Source of the DNA: Marsupella aquatica
Lineage: Eukaryota > Plantae > Marchantiophyta
DNA length: 64,000 nucleotides
Direction of reading: 5' to 3'
Assembly: GCA_973895155.1 (NCBI GenBank)
Contig: OZ316891.1
Coordinates: forward strand, 3,950,018 to 4,014,017
The translations under genes and the position numbers were made by a program. The notes beneath the pieces were generated by a model. It was given only the letters and a program-made list of their open reading frames with translations, did no database searches and was not told where the DNA came from. Numbering within the stretch: position 1 is the first letter of the stretch; each line of letters opens with the position of its first letter. This document shows, piece by piece, positions 12,320-24,619 of this stretch.

Positions 12320-15300
12320 TTAAGCTAAAGATTTCATACCTAATTGATCTCTATTCTTGATGAATTTCACTTTTGAAAGTGCCTTGGTAAAGATGTCTGC
12401 GACTTGTTCTTCTGATTTCACATGTTGAACTGAGATTTCACCTTCGAGTATTCTCTCTCTAATGAAGTGATGATGGATCTCGAGGTGTTTGGTCCTTGCA
12501 TGAAACACTGGATTTTTTGCAAGTTTGATAGCGCTCATGTTAGTACAGTGCATGTGTAAGTCCTGAAGAGTCCGTTCCGATGAATTCACCAGGTCCCCCG
12601 AGATGTCAAGACTCTTGTGCTTGATGTTGCTTGGTGCAATCTTGCACTGCTGTAGTTCTTCGACTAGCCTCTTCAGGTACACGCCTTCTTGTGCCCCATC
12701 AGATAGAGCTCTGTATTCGGCTTTGGTGGTTGACCGTGAGACAGTGGGCTGGCGCTTGATGCTCCAGGCAATTGGTCCCATGGCTATCTTGTGCACATAT
12801 CCTCCCGTGGACCTGCGTGTGTCGGGACGTGAGTTTCCCCAATCTGCATCTGTGTATCCTTCAATCTTAAGGGATCCTCCCTTCGAATAGAACACGCCAT
12901 ATCCAGTTGTTCCTTTGACATATCTGACGATGTGCATGGCAGCGTCAAAGTGTGCTTGCTGAGGTATGCTCATGAATCTGCTTACTAAACCAACTGAGAA
13001 CGAGATGTCTGGCCTAGTATTAATGAGATATATAAGCTTGCCTACTAGCTTGCAATACGTGGTAATGTTAATGTCAGGAGTGTTGGACTCAGCTGATAGT
13101 TCCAATTCCTCTGGAAGGGGCATTGTAGCCGGCTGACAATTTTCCATTCCATACTCAAGAACTAATTGATTTGCGTAAAACTGTTGGTGCAAGAGTATGC
13201 CTTCAGTTGAGTTGTGGAAATCTACTCCCAAGTAGCGTTTGGCTGATCCAAGATCCTTCATTTCATACTTGGCTTGAAGTTGTTGCTTAAGTTCTGCAAT
13301 CAACTGTGTGTCGTCCCTTGTGATTAGCAGATCATCTACAAACAAGATAATGATTGCTGATTTGTTGTCTCGTACCTTAAAGTATAGGTTAGGGTCGAGT
13401 GAACTCCTTATACACCCGGATGAGCGAAGAAAGGCATCCAATGCTTCGTACCAGGTCCTGGGGCTTTGTTTGAGTCCGTAGATGGATCTGCGTAGCAGAC
13501 AGACAAGTTTTTCCTGACCAGGAATAACAAAGCCGGGAGGTTGCTTCATATAGAGGAGTTCCTTCATAGTGCTGTTGAGGAAGGCTGTTACTACATCCAT
13601 GTGAAGTAGAGGCCAGCCAAAGGCAACAGCAAGAGCTACAATGAGTCGAACGGTTGTCCATCTAACTACTGGAGCAAAGGTCTCATCGTAGTCGAGTCCT
13701 TCTCTCTGTTCATTGCCCCTTGCTACAACACGAGCTTTGAATTTAGTGTTGCCGGTCTGATCTATCTTCTCCCTTAATACCCATCTTGCAGATAGTGCTT
13801 TCTCCTCCGGGGGAAGAGAGACCAGATCCCAGGTACCGTTTTTCTCATGGGCCAGAAGCTCTTGTTGCATAGCAAGAACCCAACGAGAGTCATGAAGAGC
13901 TGCGCTAAGTTGAACGTCGTTGGTAGAGTCAGCAATGAGAGCAGTGATCTCGGCAGAGAGAGAGACATGGAAATCCTTATATTTTGAAGGAAATGATGTA
14001 AGACGGCCAGAAGGAGGCCGAGTGCGCTCGATAGGTCGGTGTCGGGCCCTACGAATCGGGGCAGGTGGTGAGGATGTTGGTTGGGCAGAGTTGGGTAAGT
14101 TTGCTACAGCTGGGACATCATCAATTGAAGTCAGAGAACCAGGTGCGGGATCAGGTGCAGCGGCTGCCGGAGGGGGAGTGTGGGAGTCATTGGTACCGAC
14201 TGAGATAATGTCAAACAAACTTTCTCTGTCGACGGGAGCCTCAGCTGAGTAATTTCCCGGAGTTGACTCATCGACCACTACATCCCGGGAAATGAGTATT
14301 TTCTTGGTGACAGGATCGATCAAAGCAACGGTAGGCTTTGCTTTGTGTATCATAGCCAATAAGAATGCACTTGCGAGACTTAGCACCTAGTTTGTTTCGT
14401 AATTCTTTAGGAATGTGAACATGGGCAGTGCTGCCAATGACTCGGAAGTGACTGACGTCCGGTTTGGTGTTGGTCAGACATTCGAATGGCGTGGATAGAT
14501 TGAGAGCGCGAGTGCTGCATTGATTGTTGATGTGGTTTGCGGTCTGCAAAAGTTCTTCCCAGAGAAATGCCGGAGCATTTGAGCCAAAGGCTAGAGACCT
14601 GACAATGTCCAGTAGAGTTCGATTTTTTCTTTCGGCGACTCCATTCTGATGAGGCGTTTGAGCTACTGTGAGTTGTCTAGCAATCCCGTGTGTCAAGCAA
14701 AAAATGCGGAATAGCTCGGATGTGTATTCTCCCCCTCTGTCACTCCATAAGGAAGCAATCTTGAGGCCGAAGGTTACCTCAACATTCTGTTTGAAGAATT
14801 TAAATGTGTCGAGAGCTTGGCTCTTATACTTCAAAGAATAAACCCAAGTGTACCACGAGTAATCATCAGTGAATGTAATAATGTACCTTGCACCAGAGAG
14901 TGAAGGGACCGGAAGTGGTCCATATAGGTCGGTCAAGGCCAACGGTCTTGTAGATCGAGAGACGGCTGCCTTGGGAATCTTGTGACGAGTCTGCTTGCCC
15001 TTCATGCAATCCTCGCATACGTGATGTTCGAGTGATAGCGTAGGTACTCCTACGATGAGATTGTGTCTAGTCATGTGACTAATACGTTGAGAACTAGAGT
15101 GACCCAGTCGTTGGTGCCAGAGTTGACTTGCAGAGATTGCCGGTTCAGTCAGAGGTTTTGTTGTTGGAGTTAGAGCGGGTGCCCGAGGCACAGTGAGGTG
15201 GCATTGAGCTGACACCTTGGGATGGAGCGTCATTCTCCTCTGCAGAGAGGTAGCAGGACTGACTACACACAAAGGAAGTTGGATTTTATATAATCTACTC

Positions 15301-16797
15301 AATGGATCACGTGTTCCCTTGAGACGTAGCGTATAGGGTTGCTGCTTATCGACTACATAGCAGTTCGAGGAGTTGAACACAACGGAATGCCCTTGGTCAG
15401 TAAGTTTACCAATAGAAAGCAGATTTTGGGTTATACTAGGAACGTACAGAACATCGGAAATTGCTTTATTGCTTGAGATGGGAACACAACCGGAACCAGA
15501 TACAGGCATCTTGGAACCGCTAGCACTGGACACACTGGAATTGGACGAAGTGCTGCAGAGAGTGGTGAAATTGTCCTTGTCGCGACTGATGTGCGCGGAT
15601 GCTCCACTATCAAGGATCCAGGTACGATTTTGGGATGATTCCCCTCGAACTCACTGAGCATTGCTTCAATGGAGAGAGCAGATTGGTGCTCGCTTGGAGC
15701 GCTGTTTCGCTCAGAGTCACTGTCACCAATGTCTCCCATGGTGGCCAGGTAGGACTTGGGTCCAAGCCCCTTGATGTCCTTGATGCTTTGAGTTAACTCC
15801 CGCATCTGAATCGGGGACATGGACTTGATCTCCGTGTGAGCTTGCTTCTCATAGCAGTCGGTCTCCCAGTGCCCCTTCTTCCCGCAATAGTTGCAGTTTG
15901 TGTCTCCCCGCACATCTCGCCTATCATGGAATGCCCTTGGGGGAGGGGGCCTGGGCCCCCACCGGTTGTTCCTCCCACGACCTCGTCCACGACCCACTCT
16001 GTTGTAGTCTCGTCGTGGCTTGTAGTGCTGAGGTGGTAGACGCTCTCGTCTCAGATCGCCACCAGCAGCAAGTAGAGAGTGTTCTCCACTGTCTCCACGT
16101 GGCTTTCTGCGGAACTCCTCCGCCTGTAGATATTCCTCAAGATCTGCAAAGGTAGCTGTTGTGTTTTTCGAATACAAGACTCCATAGGCAGATATGAAGG
16201 TCGACCAACTCTCAGGCAAATTACGTAGAACTATCTGAATGAGCTCCTTCTCGGGAATCTCTTCTCCTACGGATGCAAGCTCCATGACATGTTGATCGAT
16301 CTTCTTGAGATAATCCTCGATTGAAGCTCCCTCATGCATGCGAAGCTCAATGAGTGTTGACTTAAGATCTAGCTTGCGCTGAATCGCAGACAATTCGTAC
16401 TTCTTCTTGGTGTGACCCAGAGTTTAGCAGGGTCATTGCGCAGACGACTGATAATAGGAAAGATGGAAGCAGTGGAGGTTTTGGTAAATATTATAATTAC
16501 CCTCTCCTTGTCCTTCTGCTCCGTAGCTGAGGTTGTGGTGAGTTTGGTAGCGGTTGCGCTGCTGGTGGCTCCGCCAATGTTACCTCCAAACGTAGTTGAG
16601 TCTGAGCTTGTGGAGGCTTCTCCTCCGACTGTCGTAGGCTCACTACTGGCACGTTGTGCCTGGGGATCGACTATGTACCATAGCCCCTTCTCCCTAAGGA
16701 TCTGTTCGATGTGAAAGGCCCAAATGATGTAATTCAGGGCACCCACTAACTTGTCGCTATCAGAGAATGAGATCTTCATGGCATCGGAAGAAGACAT
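12320..16797 (-). pseudogene. Copia 1 gag-pol with three frameshifts (~16410, ~15640, ~14320)
   Basis: Zinc knuckle CNYCGKKGHWETDC; protease WILDSGA (frame upstream of 15533); integrase HQRLGH...CEDC, FTDDYS, SDRGGEY, QNGVAERKNR; RT KARVVARG, MDVVTAFLN, LFVDDLL; RNase H YTDADWG, HARTKH, ADIFTKAL. Confidence 0.95.
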
Positions 16798-16837
16798 GGT
16801 GAAATTCTAAGATAGGAAGAGTCTCAGAAGTCTGGTA

Positions 16838-16849
16838 GCTCTGATACCA
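16838..16849 (-). promoter_or_regulatory. Primer-binding site (tRNA-iMet) of copia 1
   Basis: TGGTATCAGAGC on the minus strand, directly abutting the 5' LTR. Confidence 0.95.
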
Positions 16850-17184
16850 TGTAGAAATTTCTGAATAAGCTTAATTAACCCACGAAGGGGAGGCGTAATA
16901 TACGCAGAGAGCACAGGTCCGTTGAGCACCTGAGAGAGGATGACTCAGAGGCCACGTAGGTCATGGAACTGCCAGGCAGGAGCGACAAGTGCCAACGGAC
17001 GGTGAATGTCCTAAACAGATTTTGTCCTAAGTAACTAATGGGCAACCATAAGTAGGTCAATCTACCAATATACTAAATGACTAATCGAACAGTAAATTAA
17101 TTACATCTAAGTAGCGGCAACTAAAAGAGTTTAGCATGATGACGGCCACAAATACTAACACCGTATGTCCCTGAACTTTCAACA
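16850..17184 (-). repeat. 5' LTR of copia 1
   Basis: Direct repeat of 11313-11647. Confidence 0.97.
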
Positions 17185-17279
17185 CTGTGGAGTAAACAAT
17201 AGCTCCTTCTGTTCGTCCATTGAACATTGCGATATGAGGTGTACGCATACGTTTGGTGCAATATTGATGGAGCTGGGAT

Positions 17280-17650
17280 TTCAGATCGCCATCCCCGGAT
17301 TGAGTGCGGAGCTCTAGGTTCTCAAGCCTGCCCTACATGTGGATCAGAATCGCCGTACCGGGATTGAGTATGGAGCTGTCTAGGTTCTCAAGCGGAGCTC
17401 TACGTTCTCGAGCATGCCCTATATGTAGATCAGAATGTAGAGTTTGAACGGGCCTTGCCTAAGTAGTTGTAGGTTAAAATAAAAGTAACAGATGCGCGAT
17501 GTAGCTGCAATTTTAATTAGCCTTTGGGGCATCAATTACGGGACTACATGCTGTTGGCAGCCTAAAATTATGGTAACAGATGTACAACGTAGCTCCACCG
17601 TTAATTAGCCTATGGCGCATCGATTACGGTAGTACATACTGTTGGTAGCA
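17280..17650. repeat. Two short diverged tandem duplications (~60-bp and ~87-bp units)
   Basis: CAGA(A)TCGCC...GGAGCTCTAGGTTCTCAAGC recurs within 17282-17436. GTAACAGATG...TTAATTAGCCT...CTGTTGG at ~17485 and ~17572. Confidence 0.7.
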
Positions 17651-18009
17651 ACTAGGAATCTATTTCTACATAGAACAATTAATGGCAGAGCGCGATATAA
17701 GTAGATCGCTAAATAGTCCACATAGAACATAGGAATAACAATGGCAATATTTGTTTATATGGCAAAAATAAAGATTAATGGGGATCAGCAGCATTCCATG
17801 TCCATCCTGTCTCATTGAAGTGGACTGATACGGGAGGGATAGCCCTTGCAAATTTTTTTTTGCCCAGATAGATAATCCCCCTCTTTATGATCTGTACTGG
17901 ACATTCTTGTAAAAGTTCTTTCCGGCTTAGAAGGACCAAACTAGGTAAATTGTGACTGTATGCCTTTCAACCATAATCCATGCTCAAATTCACAGTGACT
18001 CCAACTCCC

Positions 18010-18560
18010 CGAAGCGCAGCTGTACATAGCCATGGCTCAAACAGAACTGCAGGCGTTTCATCATTTGGCGAGAACTCATTCATTACTATAGGGTTAGACT
18101 CATGCAAAGACATTCACATGAATGTCTTCCGTTTGTAAACATCATTCTGAGTTTTTGAAATATTTATGAAAACTGTTTACTCAGTCTAGGGTTTTGGCAC
18201 CATTATATATTTAACCCTAAACCCTATATATAACTTCTGTTTACCAAGCTTCAGGGTTTACTTAGGGTTTTCTTTGTTTTAGGATCCTAAACCCTAACTC
18301 TAAATTGTAGAACCTTAACCTGAGCATCGAGACTAGTACTAGGGCTCTTTGGAGCCCTTACTAAGGCATCTAACATTGTAGATGGACAATTTAGTGAAAG
18401 ATAACAAAAATCAGTATGTGATGGCATTTTGCATTGAGCTTGTTAGCAAGGGTCAGGCAAGGGGTGTAACTTTGAAAATGTGCAAATGTATTCCTCATGG
18501 TTGGCCATACCCATGAAGATGTGGATGCATTATTTTCTCAAGTATCTAAACAAGTCCTAG
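18010..18560 (+). pseudogene. Transposase relic of the DUF7869 / Sola1-like DDD family
   Basis: 18370-18560 reads, with a stop and frameshifts, LTL*MDNLVKDNKNQYVMAFCIELVSKG...FENVQM.FLMVGHTHEDVDALFSQVSK, matching the LQxDNxxxeNKN...FLxVGHTHEDxDxxFS signature. Confidence 0.7.
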
Positions 18561-18627
18561 GGTTGATAAGTTTGGGAGTGTGAAAGCATTCATACCACAA
18601 TTCATTCAGGTGGTTGCATCTTATAAG

Positions 18628-19030
18628 TGTTGGGTATTTACTCTTACGTCTAGGTTAGGTATGACGTGGTTGGTACAACAACGTGGGTTGGTACAACTAC
18701 GTGGTTAGGTACAACTACATGATTAGGTACAACTATGTGGTTAGGTACAACTACGTGGTTAGGTACAACTAAGTTGCACACTATATCATAAGAGGCATGT
18801 GTGCTTGGAGAGGTAGAACCAAGGCTCATTGTTATGGAGCCACTTGAGAGATAGGGAGAGCTTACACTGTGGAGACTCGGTATAGCCGACGGGCTTAGAG
18901 TTCAGTAAAGCTCTCTTGTGTGTTCCCGTGGACGTAGCCTCAAGGAGGTGAACCACGTATCTCTTGTGTCGACTATTGTGCGTTGGATGGTTCATGGGCT
19001 TGCCGTTGCGATCATCGTCTATGCTCAACA
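18628..19030 (+). repeat. 5' LTR of copia 2, with an 18-bp tandem repeat (GTGGTTAGGTACAACTAC, ~6-7 copies, 18650-18772)
   Basis: TG...CA ends followed by the PBS; homologous to 47011-47355 in reverse orientation. Confidence 0.9.
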
Positions 19031-20184
19031 ATTGGTATCAGAGCATGCTTGGGAGGTGACGTGTGTTCGTGACGGGATTTTATGACGGTTTTTCCAGCGT
19101 TGAGTGTTGGTGGATTTTCTAGAGTTCCATCGCATGGAACTTGGAGTTTATGGGCTCAACGGATAGATCAGGGCAAGAGCTTTCTAACGGTATGAAGAAA
19201 TTGTTGAACGGAGCTCGTGGTGCAGAGAGATCTAAGTTTTCATCGTTCTGGATTTTGTGAAGAAAGTTGGCAATCGACTCGGAGGGAGAAGCGTCAAGTG
19301 TTTTGACTCAACGGAGAGATTGAGGCAAGACGATTGTTTTGAGTCCGAGATTAGCTCTTTGATGCAAAGAGGAAGGCTAAGCAAAAATCAATTACCTTGT
19401 TGGACTTGGTGACGGCACCAAGTGCAATTGATCAACATTCGTTGTTGACAAGGTACCATTTTTTTCTCTTTGAAAAACTGATTCGAAATTGGCTATGGCA
19501 ATTGAGAGAAATCTGTCATCTTTACCAATTTTTTTCTCTCTCGTTCTTTCCTCGTTTTGGGTGTTTCTTATATCGATCTTCACCGCCTCGGAGTCTAGTT
19601 TCCAAATTTGAAATCAGATCTTGATTTCGTCAAAACCCGAGTGAGATATCTTGCGTTTGGTGTCGAGGGGTACATTCTGCCATGTGTATTTTCTGCGCGC
19701 GCGACCAGATTTCGACGACGAAGGGTGGTAGGGGGTTTTGGGGGTTCGAGGACACGTGTCAGCCCCTCGATTATTCTTCCAAAATTCTCACAGGGCCTGT
19801 ACAAGGGTCATAGAATATTCCAAAAAACCAGAGAGCTATTTTTTGACCGTCCGATAAAGATTTCATCCACCGAACGGTAACTTTTTTGGTTATTTTTCGG
19901 CGAGGTCGTAGCCATTGAAGTTGGCAACGCGGCGCACCAATCACATCGCAATTCCGACAACGGGTTGTACTTGGTATTTTGGTTATTCCCTGAGGTGGTC
20001 AAAACGGGGGAGTTTCCCAAGGTTTTACCCACCTCGACCGAAATTTGAATAACTTTTCCGTCAAATTTCTATTTTGATTTCGGTTTTCAGTATTGGACTC
20101 CTAACTTTGTGGGCTACGCTGCGGTGTTGAGTTTTGAGTTTTTTGAGATGTTGTGAAAAACAACATTTTTTGTGATTTTCTCAT

Positions 20185-21225
20185 ATGAGTGATTCGGAGG
20201 TGTTTTTCGAAGATGTGGAACTTGAAGCACGAGGATCACCGCGGAGGTTTCAGGGACAGAGAGAGGAGCAAGAGGAAGAGCACGTGACACCGATACCATC
20301 ACCGGTGCGGCGTGTGGTGGAGGAAGCAATACTACTACCGGAGCTCACGGTAGTGCCAAAGAAGAAGATGGGGACTTTCAAGCTTGGGGGACCCAAGTAT
20401 GAAGTGACAAAGTATGATGGGCGCTCTGACTACTTGCTATGGGAGAAGCAGGTGAAGGGAGTGCTCTATGCGTCAGGGATGGGCCAACTGCTGAGCCCTC
20501 GTGAAGACGATGTTGATGAGAAACAATGGGACCGCATGCAGGAGCAGGGAGTGTGGTGTGTTACACTCTATCTCATGCCTCCCATCATCAAGCAGTTGGG
20601 TGCACATAAGGATTGCATGTCCTTGTTTGCGGAATTGCAGAGCAAGTATCACCGCAAGGAGTTGTCGAACCGGCTCTACACTTCCTACAAACTGATGAGT
20701 TTCAAGATGAAGGAATCCGGTACGAAGTTGCAAGACCATGTGGATGCTTTCAACGACATGGTCGTTGACTTGGAAAACCTTGGGGAGACTTTGAATGATG
20801 AGACGAAGGCTCTGCAGGTTCTTAGTTCATTGCCTCCATCTTACCAGTCCCTATCACGAGTGTTGTTGCATCGTGATAGGGATACCATTTCATACAATGA
20901 CGTGATAAGTTCTCTGCTTAGTGATGATCTTCAGCAGAAGATGCACATCACGTCACAGCCTTCATCATCTGGTGTTGCCCTCAATGTTAACCGTGGGAGG
21001 AGTATGCAGCGACCAACTGGAGACCGTAGAACCCAGTTTAGATCTAAATCCAGATCTAAGTCCAAGGGTAAATCCCCTCAGAGGAGGCAGGTGACATGTT
21101 GGAAGTGCAACCAAGTTGGACACTTCAAGCGAGACTGTAAGGGAAAGGCAGCGGAAACTTCATCGGCAAATGTGGCTAGGGCTGATGAAGAAGCTGATTT
21201 ACTCAATGATGAGTATGTTTTATGA
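20185..21225 (+). CDS. Copia 2 gag (346 aa)
   Basis: KYDGRSDYLLW, UBN2-type LSSLPPSY, zinc knuckle CWKCNQVGHFKRDC. Confidence 0.9.
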   Translation: MSDSEVFFEDVELEARGSPRRFQGQREEQEEEHVTPIPSPVRRVVEEAILLPELTVVPKKKMGTFKLGGPKYEVTKYDGRSDYLLWEKQVKGVLYASGMGQLLSPREDDVDEKQWDRMQEQGVWCVTLYLMPPIIKQLGAHKDCMSLFAELQSKYHRKELSNRLYTSYKLMSFKMKESGTKLQDHVDAFNDMVVDLENLGETLNDETKALQVLSSLPPSYQSLSRVLLHRDRDTISYNDVISSLLSDDLQQKMHITSQPSSSGVALNVNRGRSMQRPTGDRRTQFRSKSRSKSKGKSPQRRQVTCWKCNQVGHFKRDCKGKAAETSSANVARADEEADLLNDEYVL

Positions 21226-23410
21226 AGCCGGGAGTATGCCCTGTGCACGTCATCTAGGAGAGCAGATGATGTGTGGATTCTTGATTGTGCTTGCTCTTTT
21301 CATATTTGTTACATTCGTGAGTTTTTCAGTTCTTACTCTGTTTCAAACGGTTCAGTTCTGATGGGAAATGATCACTCCTGTCAAATTGAGGGAATTGGGT
21401 CTGTGAAGATTCAAATATTTGATGGCGCTGTGCGCACAGTGTCCGGAGTCAGGTATGTACCTGGCATGCGTAAGAATCTGATTTTACTCGGTGTGTTGGA
21501 TTCAAATGGTCATCAATGGAGCGTTATTGATGGTGAACTTCAAGTCAGGTCGGGAGAGACAGTGATTTTGAAGGGGAGTAGACAAAAGAATTTGTATATG
21601 TTACAGGGCAATACTGTATGTGGAGAGGCCAATGTAACCAAGTCTCACGAGGAGATGACTCAACTGTGGCATTCACGGCTAGGCCACATGAGTGAGAAGG
21701 GTTTGGCTATCTTACGGAAGAATGGACTCATTTCTGATTTGCAATCTTGTAAATTAGAGTTTTGTGAGCATTGCATTCTTGGAAAGCAACATCGTCGTGC
21801 TTTTGGTGTTGGAACTCATCATTCCAAAGCGGTTCTTGAGTACATACATAGTGAAGTGTGGGGTCCATCCCCGACTCCCTCACACTCTGGAAAGTTGTAC
21901 TATGTATCATTTATTGATGATTACTCAAGATTTGTGTGGATTTATTTCATGACGCATAAGTCTGATGTCTTGTCCATTTTTAAGAAGTGGAAGGCCCAGG
22001 TGGAGAATCAGACTGGAAACACGATCAAGTGTTTGGATACAAGGGTGAAGAGTCTGAGGTCAGACAACGGCGGGGAGTACACTTCAATGGAATTTGAAGA
22101 GTACTATTCATAACAGGGGATAACTCGCCATCTCACCACAGTTTATACTCCGCAGCAGAATGGTGTCGCTGAGAGGCTCAATCGGACACTGTGGAGCGGT
22201 CACGGAGTATGTTGAGCCAATCAGGTTTACCACAAGAATTTTGGGCAGAAGCTGTCAATACCGCAGCTTATTTGGTAAATCTTTCTCCTTCTAGTGCTAT
22301 CAATTTCAAAACGCCGTTTGAGATGCGCTATAAGCGGCAAGCAGACTATCATGGCTTGGTAATTTTTGGAAGTGATGCATATGCTCTCACACCGAAGCAG
22401 AATAGGACCAAGTTGGATCCTACCTCCAAGAAATGTGTTTTTCTTGGGTACCAGAGTGGTGTGAAAGCCTATAGGCTATGGGATCCTATTGCCTGTAAGC
22501 TCGTTGTCAGTAGGGATGTTTCCTTCAATGAATCCAGATTATTGAAGGAGGGGGAGAATACTCAGGTCTCCCGTACTGACAAAGGAAAATCTCCTATCCC
22601 GGATCTCATTGAGGGGGAGATTGGTTATGAGGTGCATGACCGGAGAGAAGGAGTTGCTCCAATTATGGAGCTGGTTCCTGTGCCAGAGGAACCAGAGGAG
22701 TTTGTTGATGCTGGTGAGCAGCAAGTGGATGCTGTTGAGCTTCAAATTGTACCAGCACATGCAGATCAACCGGAGTCATGGGCTAGAAGAACATCTGGTC
22801 GCACTGTACGCGCTCCACCAAGGTATGGACAGTGGGTTGATTCATCTCAACTGCAAGAGGATGATTTTACAGCTGATGATGAGGGTGATGCGTTAATTTT
22901 GGAAGAAGGGGAACCTTCTTCATTTCATGAGGCAAGTGCTTCAAAGGAGAAGCAGAAGTGGACTGCAGCAATGAAAACAGAGATGCAGTCACTAAAGGAC
23001 AACAAAACTTGGGAGCTTGTTAAGCTGCCTAAGGGTCAGCAAGTGGTGGACAGCAAGTGGATTTACAAGCTGAAGGATAATTCCATAGGAGGTGGATCGA
23101 AGGTCTACAAGGCTAGGTTGGTAGCAAAGGGATTCACACAAGAGAAAGGTGTGGATTACAATGAGGTCTTCTCACCAGTTGCTAAGTACTCTACAATACG
23201 ACTATTGTGTGTACTTGTTGTAATGTTTGGTCTGCTGCTAGATCAGATGGATGTTGTCACAACTTTCCTCTATGGCACATTGGAAGAGGTGATCTTCATG
23301 AGACAACCGCTAGGTTTTGTGAAGAGAGGACAGGAGGATTTGGTTTGCAGATTGCTGAAATCCTTGTATGGGTTGAAGCAGTCACCAAGACAGTGGAACA
23401 AGCGGTTTGC
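21226..23410 (+). pseudogene. Copia 2 pol (PR, INT, partial RT), with a stop at 22111-22113 and a frameshift near 22190
   Basis: WILDCACSFH, WHSRLGH...CEHC, FIDDYSR, SDNGGEY, QNGVAERLNR, KARLVAKGF, QMDVVTTFLYG, SLYGLKQSPRQW. Confidence 0.93.
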
Positions 23411-24619
23411 TGTTCTCCATGAGGGATAATGTGCCCGTATGTGTATCAAATGAAAATAAAGCACATATCAAGCAACTTTGGCTGTTGGCATTGGGGAGGT
23501 CCATTTGGAAAACTGATCCCATCACAAATGCACTCATTTTTCTTGGAAGGCCAACCATTTGCAAAACCTATATCTAGGAAGGTAGGAAAGAAGGCACCTC
23601 TACAGCATATCTCAAGAGATCTCCTTTGGTGACACATTGGGAGAAACTTGTGGAAGCACTATCCAAGGAACTTAATATAGAAGGGAAGGACGAGGGGAAG
23701 GGGGAAAGACAATTTCCATTGACAACTGAGTTTTGGCCAAAGACTAACCATGCCACAAGTTACAAGGTGATTTTGGGGACATCTCAACCTTCAAGTTAAC
23801 CTACTCAAAATCCAGAGATGATGGATCTTCAGAATTTGTACATGATTGGAAGAGATGGAAAATCAAATTACATCCTTTGGTGGTGCATGACAAGAGGGAG
23901 ACTTGCACCCTGGATTCCTCTGTACAAGATATTCAGGGTTTAGGGTTTTTAGGGTTTAGGAAAGAAGGCACCTGGTAGACAGAAATAAAGGGGTCGGATG
24001 TCAAGGAGCCTTTCATGGGGGAGAATTAAGTGTGTTCATATTTAAGAGGGGGGGGGGGGGTGATTTTTTGGAGACAGAAATCAAGGGGTGTGATGTAGAG
24101 GAGCCAAACAGGAATCAAGTGGTAGCTAATCAAAAAACGAATCTCAGCCACTGTCGTGTACGTCTAACAATCACATAGCTATAGTAATCAACTAAATCGC
24201 TCATCCACTTCTGAGAGTCCTTGTAGGGCAGTCAGGAAACCAGAATTGATAGTACTTTAGATGGTAAGTACTATAAGTCGTCTTAATAATGATTCGGGAT
24301 ATAATGATAATGATTGCGATAGTTTATTAGCTTGAAGCCAGTGGAGTGAAGGAGTGAAGATTCGAGAGTGAAGATAAAAGAGAGTGAAATGAACTAGATT
24401 AAGTTGTCCCACCGATGTATGTGAGTACTCATGCCCCAGGTCCATGCAGCTAGCTGATCGAGCTGGAGAGGAGCAGGAGAGGGGCAAGGTAGTCAGGCAG
24501 CTCTGCTTCTGTAGCGATCCACCAGAAACTCCAGAGCTTGAGTGGAAGCTTGCGGAGTTAAGGCACAATACGGGAGCTAGCGGACTAGTCATAGAGGTCT
24601 TGTTCTGTAGTCCTTGATC

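Larger units (their letters stand above)
11313..17184 (-). mobile_element. Full-length Ty1/copia LTR retrotransposon
   Basis: 335-bp LTRs at 11313-11647 and 16850-17184 (TG...CA, about 6 transitions by eye). Perfect TSD CTGTG at 11308-11312 and 17185-17189. tRNA-iMet PBS, PPT, and gag-PR-INT-RT-RH order. Confidence 0.97.
18628..23410 (+). mobile_element. Ty1/copia element 2, 3'-truncated inside RT
   Basis: 5' LTR 18628-19030 (TG...CA), PBS TGGTATCAGAGC 19033-19044, ~1.1-kb leader, gag-PR-INT-RT ending at KQSPRQWNKRF. No RNase H or 3' LTR follows. Confidence 0.93.

Noticed and set aside
18186-18320. Interstitial telomere (TTTAGGG/CCCTAAA), also at ~23935-23960 and ~43275-43290
   Set aside because: Only scattered or short degenerate copies; these telo-box-like motifs are common in plant non-coding DNA.
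23411-24130. Nested LTR element inside copia 2 RT, starting TGTTCTCC
   Set aside because: No matching CA end, TSD or resumption of RT found; probably a deletion or rearrangement junction.
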